Shown: positions 55,164-64,000 of the stretch, piece by piece
Layout of the letters: every line of letters begins with the position of its first letter
How positions within the stretch are numbered: the first letter of the stretch is position 1
Source of the DNA: Desulfosoma sp.
Lineage (GTDB): Bacteria > Desulfobacterota > Syntrophobacteria > Syntrophobacterales > DSM-9756
NCBI GenBank assembly: GCA_037481835.1
Contig: JBBFKW010000005.1
Location: forward strand, 128,001-192,000
Length of the DNA stretch: 64,000 nucleotides
Direction: 5' to 3'
Notes under the pieces: generated by a model
The model's input: only the letters and a program-made list of their open reading frames with translations
Told to the model about the DNA's origin: nothing
Database searches by the model: none
Position numbers and translations under genes: made by a program

Positions 55164-55718
55164 ATGTTTATGGTGGAGATTCGTTTTCACGGTCGAGGCG
55201 GACAGGGAGGGGTCACGTCTGCGGAGCTGACGGCCCTGGCTGCCATTGAACAGGGCAAATTCGCCCAGGCCTTCCCGAGTTTCGGCCCCGAACGGCGGGG
55301 CGCTCCCGTGATGGCTTTCGTGCGCGTGAGCGATCAGCAGATCCGGACGCGGGAGAAGGTCTACAATCCCAATATCGTGGTGGTGCTGGACCCCACCCTG
55401 CTCCAGATCGTCAACGTGGAAGCGGGGGTGCCGGAAGACGGCATCATCATCGTCAACACGAAGCTCAGCCCGGCACAGCTGCGGGAGTCTCTGGGGTTCA
55501 AGCGCCGGCTGGCCGTGGTGGATGCGAGCACCATCGCCGTGGAAGTCCTTCGGGTGCCCATCACCAACACGACCATGCTGGGGGCGCTCATCAAGGCGAC
55601 CGAGGTGGTGTCCATCGACGCCCTGCGCGGCCCCGTGGAAAAGCGCTTCGGGCCCATTGCGGAAAGGAACCTCAAGGCGTGTCTTCGGGCCTATGAAGAG
55701 ACGGTAGTGGAGGGATAA
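55164..55718 (+). CDS. porC: Pyruvate/2-oxoacid:ferredoxin oxidoreductase gamma subunit
   Basis: HGRGGQG, FGPERRGAP. Confidence 0.92.
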   Translation: MFMVEIRFHGRGGQGGVTSAELTALAAIEQGKFAQAFPSFGPERRGAPVMAFVRVSDQQIRTREKVYNPNIVVVLDPTLLQIVNVEAGVPEDGIIIVNTKLSPAQLRESLGFKRRLAVVDASTIAVEVLRVPITNTTMLGALIKATEVVSIDALRGPVEKRFGPIAERNLKACLRAYEETVVEG

Positions 55719-55721
55719 GCC

Positions 55722-56015
55722 GTGGCCAAGGAAACGGGAGTGGTGAGCTGGAAGGAACTGGCCCTGGGGTGCACCTTGACGGAGCCTGGAACGGCGGCGC
55801 AGCTGAAGACGGGCGATTGGCGTTCCAAGCGCCCTGTGACCAACTACGAACTGTGCAACAAATGCGGCCAGTGCTACATCTTTTGCCCGGACATGGTCTA
55901 TTCCCGGACGGCGGAGGGCTATTACGAGGCCAATTATTACTATTGCAAGGGCTGCGGCATCTGCGCCCGGGAATGCCCCAAGGACGCGATCCAGATGGTA
56001 GAGGAGGAAAACTGA
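55722..56015 (+). CDS. porD: POR delta subunit
   Basis: KTGDWR, CNKCGQCYIFCP, CKGCGICARECP. Confidence 0.92.
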   Translation: MAKETGVVSWKELALGCTLTEPGTAAQLKTGDWRSKRPVTNYELCNKCGQCYIFCPDMVYSRTAEGYYEANYYYCKGCGICARECPKDAIQMVEEEN

Positions 56016-56016
56016 G

Positions 56017-57192
56017 ATGGGCAAGAGAGTGGGAATGGAAGTCTCCATCGCGGCGGCCGAAGTGGTCGGCTTGTGCGATGTGGACGTGATCGCGGCCTAT
56101 CCCATCACGCCGCAGACGCATATCGTGGAGCATCTTTCCGAGCTGGTGGCGGAAGGCCATCTGGATGCGGAATTCGTCCCGGTGGAATCGGAACACAGCG
56201 CCATGAGCACGTGCGTGGGGGCCGCCGCCGCCGGAGCGCGAACCTTCACGTCCACGAGTTCTCAGGGCTACGCCCTCATGGCCGAAATCTGCTACATCGC
56301 CTCCAGCCTTCGGCTGCCCATCGTCATGGCGGTAGCCAACCGTGCCTTGAGTGCTCCCATCAACATTTGGAACGATCATTCGGATATGATGATGGCCCGG
56401 GACACGGGCTGGATCCAGACGGTGGCCGAAAACGGGCAGGAAGTGGTGGATCTTCTGCTCCACGCCTACCGGGTGGCCGAAGACCCCCGGGTCCTTTTGC
56501 CGGTCATGGTGAACCTGGACGGCTTCACCCTGACGCACATGATCGAGCCCATCTGGCTTCCCGACAAGGAGGAAGTGGAACGGTACCTTCCGCCCTACAA
56601 GCCGCAGCTGCGGCTCGATCCCCGAAATCCCATGACTTTCGGCCCCGTGGGCATGCCGGAAGTCTACACGGAAGCCAAGAAGGCTCAAGACGAGGCCATG
56701 AACGGGGCTTTGCCCGTCATCGTGGAAGCGTGGAAAGAATTCGAAAAGCACTTCGGTCGGGCCTATCAACCCGTGGAAACCTACAAGACGGATGGCGCGG
56801 AGATCCTCCTTTTGACCGTGGGAAGTGTGTCCGAGACGGCCATGACGGCCGTGGACAAGATGCGATCCGAAGGAAAGCAGGTGGGGTTGGTGCGCCTGAG
56901 GCTGTGGCGGCCTTTCCCGGCCAAGGAACTCGTGGATGTTCTCAAGCAGGCCAAAGCCGTGGCCGTGGTGGACCGGGCCATGGCCTTCAGCACTCGAAGC
57001 GGGCCTTTGTGTGTGGAAGTCAAGGCGGCGCTCTACGACCACGGCGTGTCGCCCTACGTGCAGAATTTTATCGCCGGTTTGGGCGGCCGGGACGTCACCG
57101 TGGAAGACTTCGAGAAGATGGCGGCCAAGACGAGCGAAGGACTCGCCAAGGGCCTTCCCATGGGATACGAAATCGTGAATGTGAGGGAATAA
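56017..57192 (+). CDS. porA: POR alpha subunit
   Basis: AYPITPQT, ESEHSAM, TSSQG, NRALSAP. Confidence 0.93.
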   Translation: MGKRVGMEVSIAAAEVVGLCDVDVIAAYPITPQTHIVEHLSELVAEGHLDAEFVPVESEHSAMSTCVGAAAAGARTFTSTSSQGYALMAEICYIASSLRLPIVMAVANRALSAPINIWNDHSDMMMARDTGWIQTVAENGQEVVDLLLHAYRVAEDPRVLLPVMVNLDGFTLTHMIEPIWLPDKEEVERYLPPYKPQLRLDPRNPMTFGPVGMPEVYTEAKKAQDEAMNGALPVIVEAWKEFEKHFGRAYQPVETYKTDGAEILLLTVGSVSETAMTAVDKMRSEGKQVGLVRLRLWRPFPAKELVDVLKQAKAVAVVDRAMAFSTRSGPLCVEVKAALYDHGVSPYVQNFIAGLGGRDVTVEDFEKMAAKTSEGLAKGLPMGYEIVNVRE

Positions 57193-58182
57193 ATGGGCAT
57201 CGCAGCGGAAGCACTCAAGGATTTCAAGGGGTTCAACCCGAAGAAGCTCCCCGAGGTGGAACCGCTTTCTCCGGGGCACCGGGCATGTCAGGGCTGCGGC
57301 GAAATTCTGGCGCTGCGCCAGGTGCTGAAGGCTTTGGGGGAAAACGTCATTGTGGCCAGCGCGACGGGCTGCATGGAGATCGTGACCTCGCCCTTTCCGC
57401 AGACGGCCTGGCGCGTGCCGTGGATCCACGTGGCCTTTGAAAACGCCGCCGCGGTCATCAGCGGTGTGGAATCGGCCTACAAGGCCTTGAACCGAAAGGG
57501 AAAAATCCAGCAGCCCGACGTGGTGTTTCTCGCCTACGGCGGAGACGGCGGCACGGCCGACATCGGGTTGCAGGCCCTGAGCGGCGCCTTGGAACGGGGG
57601 CATAACTTCATCTACGTGTGTTTGGACAACGAGGCGTACATGAACACGGGGATCCAGCGCTCGTCGTCCACGCCCTACGGCGCCATGACCACCACGTCGC
57701 CTCCCGGAAAGAAAAGCATCGGGCAGCGCACCTGGAAAAAGAACGTGGCCTATATCGCGGCGGCCCACGGCATTCCCTACGTGGCCACCGCTTCGCCCGC
57801 CTTCGCCCTGGATCTCATGAACAAGGTGAAGAAGGCGGCCGCCATCCCTGGGCCGGCTTATCTGCACATTTATTCCCCTTGCCCGACGGGATGGCGCCAC
57901 GAGACGGATCTTGCCATCGAAGTGGCGCGCCTTGCAGTGCAAACCAAGGTGTTCCCGCTCTACGAGGTCATCGACGGCAAGTGGATCCTGTCGCGCAAGG
58001 TGGCCAAGCCCAAACCGGTGAGCGAGTATTTCAAGGTGCAGCGACGGTTCCGGCACCTGACGGAAAAGGACGTGGAAGAGATCCAGCGGCGTGTGGACGA
58101 GGAATACGAGGAGCTGCTGCGCCGCTGCGCCATGAGCGGCGAGCCGGAAAAGCCGGAAAGCAAGGAAGCCCGGGAGGGTTGA
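57193..58182 (+). CDS. porB: POR beta subunit (TPP-binding)
   Basis: [13 protein letters not shown]...[15 protein letters not shown]. Confidence 0.93.
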   Translation: MGIAAEALKDFKGFNPKKLPEVEPLSPGHRACQGCGEILALRQVLKALGENVIVASATGCMEIVTSPFPQTAWRVPWIHVAFENAAAVISGVESAYKALNRKGKIQQPDVVFLAYGGDGGTADIGLQALSGALERGHNFIYVCLDNEAYMNTGIQRSSSTPYGAMTTTSPPGKKSIGQRTWKKNVAYIAAAHGIPYVATASPAFALDLMNKVKKAAAIPGPAYLHIYSPCPTGWRHETDLAIEVARLAVQTKVFPLYEVIDGKWILSRKVAKPKPVSEYFKVQRRFRHLTEKDVEEIQRRVDEEYEELLRRCAMSGEPEKPESKEAREG

Positions 58183-58212
58183 GCCGCGGCCCCGTGATCT
58201 TGGGAATCTTTG

Positions 58213-58245
58213 AGGTTGGGGTTCGCTTCGCTCACCCCAACCTAC
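58213..58245 (-). repeat. GTAG-type REP-like palindrome
   Basis: Minus strand GTAGGTTGGGGTGAGCGAAGCGAACCCCAACCT. Confidence 0.55.
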
Positions 58246-58441
58246 GGCCTTGTTGGTGGGGGGTGCTGCGCGACCTAGCACCGCGCCCGGCCGAGTCCCG
58301 CGGGCTAGGCTGGGAGAGCGGCCGCCCACACCGCCCTCGGCTCCGTCATCCCGGAGGACCGGGTTTCCCCTTGACAAGGGAGGGTTCCTTTGCTACTCAA
58401 TCGCGGCGTTTGCAAGGCGCAATCCTTCCAGACGCCGTCGT

Positions 58442-58517
58442 TCCCCGGTAGCTCAATCGGCAGAGCGGGTGGCTGTTAACCACTAGGTTGGCGGTTCGAG
58501 TCCGTCCCGGGGAGCCA
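58442..58517 (+). tRNA. tRNA-Asn(GTT)
   Basis: TCCCCGG acceptor stem, GGTGG-CT-GTT-AA-CCACT, GTTCGAGTC, GCCA end. Confidence 0.96.
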
Positions 58518-59026
58518 AAATTCAATCCGCTGATTTCAGCGGTTCTCGTTTAACGCAAGACCCCGTGGGGTGATCCCCTCGGGGTCTCGTCGTTTCCGGC
58601 GTGCCCACGCCGACTTACGCCCGCCCGCACATTTACCCTGATTCTCCGTTTCGAAGCCCTCAGTCCGGGGGCCGGGTGCAACCCTGGGGGCTGCGGGCGC
58701 TCATCGAAAATGTCTTTTCCGAATTCTCCCGTTCTCCGTTTTTCGAATCGCCTTGTTTAACGGCCCGGCTGCATCCGGACACCCGTTTCGACATTTCGAA
58801 CTCCCCTCCGGTAGGTATCTGCCGAAAGCCGGATCAAGTGGTCCGGCGCAAGCGGATTACCAGACAGCGGGAACAGCCGTGAGATCGGAGACCGTTGTGG
58901 GTGCCGGCGACATCGCCCTCGGGCGGTGTCGAACGGGCTCCAACGGCCTTCTCGATGACCGGCCTATCCAGTCCCGCGGCATCCATCACGGAACCCTTCC
59001 TCGGCCTCCCGCAAAAGGAGGACCGG

Positions 59027-59224
59027 ATGCCGGCCAACGAACACGTCCCAATCTCTCTCGACGAGGTGATATCGGAGATCGCCGCGATCCTGGCCCGGGG
59101 TTACATGCGCCATCGAAACGGACGCCGAATCGCCCCTGATTCCGGCAGTGGGGCAGAGCATGTAGCGCAAGTTGAAGAATCTGATGCGTTTACGGAGAAA
59201 CGCCTTGATATTCCGGGCCACTGA
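59027..59224 (+). CDS. Small hypothetical island protein
   Basis: AAGGAGG RBS; EIAAILARGY. Confidence 0.6.
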   Translation: MPANEHVPISLDEVISEIAAILARGYMRHRNGRRIAPDSGSGAEHVAQVEESDAFTEKRLDIPGH

Positions 59225-59314
59225 AGCCTTCATTCATTCACGAGTTAACGCCCTGAGATTGCGGCGCGGACGGGCCGCCCGCAGGGCGAAGCCCATGAAC
59301 CAAGGAGGTTTCGG

Positions 59315-59847
59315 ATGGAAGCAACAACGTATCAAGAGGTCCAGGGGCTCTCCCGGATGACCGTCGGAGAACTCCGGGACAAGTACCTCGAGGTCTTCGG
59401 AGAAGAGACCCGCTCCTACCACAAGGAGTTTCTTCGCAAGCGAATCGCCTGGCGCATTCAGGCTCTGGCGGAGGGTGACCTTTCGGAGCGGGCCCGGCGC
59501 AGAGCTGAGGAACTGGCCAATGACGCCGACCTGAGAACGCGGTCTCCGCGTGATCCGGTCGCCTCGGGTTCCGCCGAGGTCAAGGCGAGAACGGCGACCA
59601 GCCGCATATCCCCGTCGCACGACCCGAGGCTGCCGCTGCCCGGGACTCTGCTCGCCCGCGAGTTCCAAGGTCGCGACATTGTGGTCAAGGTACTCGACAA
59701 CGGCTTCGAGTTCGACGGCCGACGGTACAAGTCCCTCTCAGCCGTCGCCAAGGAGGTCACCGGGAGCAAATGGAACGGGTTCCTCTTCTTCGGTATCGCC
59801 GATGCCGCGACCAAGGGCGGGAGCCGCAAACCCGAGAGGAGGAACGA

Positions 59848-59851
<4 letters not shown>
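59315..59851 (+). CDS. DUF2924-like protein
   Basis: IAWRIQ...GDLS, PGTLLAREFQG, YKSLSAVAKEVTGSKWNGFLFFG; coupled to the recombinase. Confidence 0.82.
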
Positions 59852-61460
<1,609 letters not shown>

Positions 61461-61464
<4 letters not shown>

Positions 61465-61892
61465 AAAATACCGCATCCGACGGAACGGGACTGAGCCGGC
61501 TGGAGATCTCCTTCAGTTTCAAACCCAAGAACCGCAGGAAAAGCGACAACCATCCACACGAGGTAGACCGAACCATCGAGCCGGGGAATCTGCCCCGCAT
61601 CTCTAAGCTGATGGCATTGGCAATCCGCTTCGACGGTCTGGTCCGGCGCGGCGAAGTGCGGGACTATGCCGATTTGGCCAGGCTCGGCTATGTGACGCGC
61701 GCACGCATCACCCAGATCATGAACCTGCTCAACCTGGCTCCTGACATCCAGGAGGCGATTCTCTTCCTGCCCCGGACGGTCAAAGGGCGTGACCGGCTTC
61801 GGGAGAAAGAGGTCCGTCCCATTGCTGCAGTTCCCCACTGGTCGCGTCAACGAAAGATGTGGGCAAAGCTGACCGCCGAGCGGATGAGCTGA
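61461..61892 (+). CDS. Recombinase-associated HTH-like protein
   Basis: ADLARLGYVTRARITQIMNLLNLAPDIQEAIL; ATGA overlap. Confidence 0.75.
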
Positions 61893-62005
61893 CGATCCTG
61901 CCCAAGGCAACTGGCAGCCTATCTATCCCCCCGTTCGATCGCCGATCTCTCTTCTCATTCCCGCCGGCAATTCCCCAAACCTCCTGATTCATGTACATTT
62001 TTCTA

Positions 62006-62034
62006 TTGACCTGACGCCTATCAGGTCGTATAAT
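62006..62034 (+). promoter_or_regulatory. Near-consensus sigma70 promoter with an embedded operator dyad
   Basis: TTGACC-17 bp-TATAAT; GACCTGA-N6-TCAGGTC at 62008-62027. Confidence 0.8.
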
Positions 62035-62196
62035 ATCAGCACGTAACGTGGCCGTGGATCGCCCACCATTTCGCGGGATACATCCAGTGAACGAGCCGTT
62101 CTGGCGGTCATTTTGAAAGCCATCCGCGGATAGCAGCAAGTTTGTGGAGCCTGATCCCACCGTAGAGATAAGCAGGTAAGAAAGAGATAAGGAGCA

Positions 62197-63243
62197 ATGA
62201 AATTCACAGGATTCAAACCCGGGGTGCCTGCCGCATTAGGAGCGGCGCTACTCTTCGGTGGTGGCACCCCGCTTGCGAAATTGTTGCTACATGGCGGCAA
62301 TCCGTGGCTGTTGGCCGGCATCCTCTATCTTGGATCAGGTTTAGGCATCACTCTCTATCGTATGGTTCGCCGTATGCATGCCGGCAAACTGGAACATGAG
62401 GAATGGCGGTGGTTTGCAGGTGCGATTCTTGCCGGGGGTGTGGTCGGGCCGGTGTTATTGATGTTCGGACTTTCGGGGATGCCAGCCTCCGGCGCATCGC
62501 TACTACTTAATACAGAAGGAGTGTTCACGGCGCTTCTGGCATGGTTTGTATTCAGAGAGAATTTCGACCGTCGCATTGCAATAGGGATGATCGCCATTGT
62601 CTCGGGCGCCGCTGTAATAAGTTGGCCGGAAGACGCTCATTTCTCCGCGGTCTTACCGGCCCTGGCGGTTGTGGGAGCTTGCCTGTCATGGAGCATCGAC
62701 AACAATCTGACGTGCAAGGTATCGCATATCGATGCAACGTGGATCGCTTCCGTTAAAGGCCTTGCGGCAGGTGGAGTGAACATATGTATCGCCCTCGTAC
62801 TGGGTGCGGACTGGCCGCCGTTGCCCAGCATGGCGGGAATGCTACTTGTCGGCTGTTTTTCCTATGGCATTAGCCTGATTCTTTTCGTGGTTGCACTGCG
62901 CCATGTTGGAACAGCCAGGACAGGTGCCTATTTCTCTATCGCTCCGTTTTTTGGAATGGCATTGGCAATCCCGCTTCTGGGTGAAGCGGTCGACGCACGT
63001 TTGATCATCGCTGGAACACTCATGGCATTGGGTATCTGGCTGCATTTGACCGAACGACACGAACACGAGCATGTGCACGAAGCGAAGGAGCATGAGCATG
63101 AGCACGCCCACGATTGTCATCACCAGCATGAGCACGGCGAGGGGAGCCAGCCTGTAACCAATCATAATCATCGGCACTATCACGCGCCATTGGAGCATAT
63201 TCATAACCATTTCCCTGATACCCACCACCGGCACGCCCATTGA
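62197..63243 (+). CDS. DMT/EamA transporter with His-rich tail
   Basis: Roughly ten hydrophobic segments; 24 His in the last 66 aa. Confidence 0.88.
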   Translation: MKFTGFKPGVPAALGAALLFGGGTPLAKLLLHGGNPWLLAGILYLGSGLGITLYRMVRRMHAGKLEHEEWRWFAGAILAGGVVGPVLLMFGLSGMPASGASLLLNTEGVFTALLAWFVFRENFDRRIAIGMIAIVSGAAVISWPEDAHFSAVLPALAVVGACLSWSIDNNLTCKVSHIDATWIASVKGLAAGGVNICIALVLGADWPPLPSMAGMLLVGCFSYGISLILFVVALRHVGTARTGAYFSIAPFFGMALAIPLLGEAVDARLIIAGTLMALGIWLHLTERHEHEHVHEAKEHEHEHAHDCHHQHEHGEGSQPVTNHNHRHYHAPLEHIHNHFPDTHHRHAH

Positions 63244-63274
63244 ACATGCCATTAGCAGAGGGTTGAGGATACAT

Positions 63275-63949
63275 ATGAGTCAAAGACCGCGAGGCAGACG
63301 CCCCGTTCATGAAATAACCGAGCCGCAACGCCGTACATTGAAGGAGATCCGCCTCTTCACGAACCGGCGGGGGTTCCCCCCGACCATGAAGGAACTCGCG
63401 GACATCCTCGGCATATCGCACGCCAGCGCCCACGGCCAGGTGAGCCAGCTTGTCCGCAAGGGCTATCTGAAGCGCGAACCCCGGAAGGCTCGTGGAATTG
63501 CGATTGTCCGCGAACCCGAGGACGACATCCCCGATCTTGTGGCCGTCCCCATCGTCGGCCGGGTGGCGGCCGGCCAGCCCATCTTGGCCGAGGAGAACAT
63601 CGTCGGAGAGGTGCTGGTCGAAGGCGGGATCGCCCGGGCAGGCCGGTGCTTCGCCCTGGAAGTGACCGGAGACAGCATGGTGGACGCCGGAATCCGGGAG
63701 CGTGACTTGGTGGTGGTACGACAACAGCCCGTGGCGGAGAACGGCGACATTGTTGTCGCGTTGTTGGAGGACGAGGCCACGGTGAAACGGCTTTTCATCC
63801 GTGACGAGAGAATCGAATTAAGGCCGGAGAACCCGAACCATCGACCGATCCCGGTGGGACCCGACGACGGGCTCCGCATCCTCGGCAAGGTCGTCGCCGT
63901 CAGGCGGCCCAGCTCGAACACTCAAACGCCGGGGACGGCCTGGCAATAA
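63275..63949 (+). CDS. lexA: LexA-family repressor
   Basis: GFPPTMKEL wHTH, GRVAAG cleavage site, GDSM Ser, TVKR Lys. Confidence 0.9.
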   Translation: MSQRPRGRRPVHEITEPQRRTLKEIRLFTNRRGFPPTMKELADILGISHASAHGQVSQLVRKGYLKREPRKARGIAIVREPEDDIPDLVAVPIVGRVAAGQPILAEENIVGEVLVEGGIARAGRCFALEVTGDSMVDAGIRERDLVVVRQQPVAENGDIVVALLEDEATVKRLFIRDERIELRPENPNHRPIPVGPDDGLRILGKVVAVRRPSSNTQTPGTAWQ

Positions 63950-63970
63950 GAAGCAAGGAGGAAATAACGA

Positions 63971-64000
63971 ATGGCAACGTACAATCTCAGGCGTTTTGCC
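63971..64000 (+). CDS. Start of next island gene (truncated by window)
   Basis: AAGGAGG RBS then MATYNLRRFA. Confidence 0.55.
   Translation, partial: MATYNLRRFA

Noticed and set aside
55672..58377. 901-aa minus-strand ORF
   Set aside because: Antisense to porDAB; no recognisable domain
62040..62196. Integron attC flanking the DMT gene
   Set aside because: No proper RYYYAAC/GTTRRRY pair and no integron integrase

Overview
High-GC bacterial chromosome segment. Gene content (HdrL/HdrABC, MvhD, MetVF, spd-type EF-G, CIRCE) suggests an anaerobic Desulfobacterota/deltaproteobacterium, possibly Syntrophobacteraceae-like; this is inference. Contents in order: partial gyrB and dnaN, with no dnaA or recF adjacent. 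A ~20 kb C1/redox locus: fhs-folD, a minus-strand gcvH-like-hdrC-hdrB-hdrL-hdrA-mvhD run under a sigma54 promoter, a divergent kinase/sigma54-activator/archaemetzincin operon, and a selenocysteine (UGA+SECIS) mvhD-metV-metF operon that the ORF track truncates. Next come cooC-purH(N-half)-purD-purE-tsaC, an unusual MurG-HEAT fusion with mraY, ugd, an orphan kinase, CIRCE-groESL, rpoZ, dnaJ, a Gld-like ABC system, queF, fusA, a LysM endopeptidase, tadA overlapping tRNA-Ser, dnaX-ebfC-recR and a 4-subunit POR. After tRNA-Asn is the left end of a serine-recombinase island with a LexA-like repressor and a His-rich transporter. The best candidates for undescribed biology are the GcvH-like/Rossmann-kinase/archaemetzincin module controlling Hdr, the MurG-HEAT/MraY pair, and the island promoter-operator. 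All calls come from reading the sequence; no searches were run.
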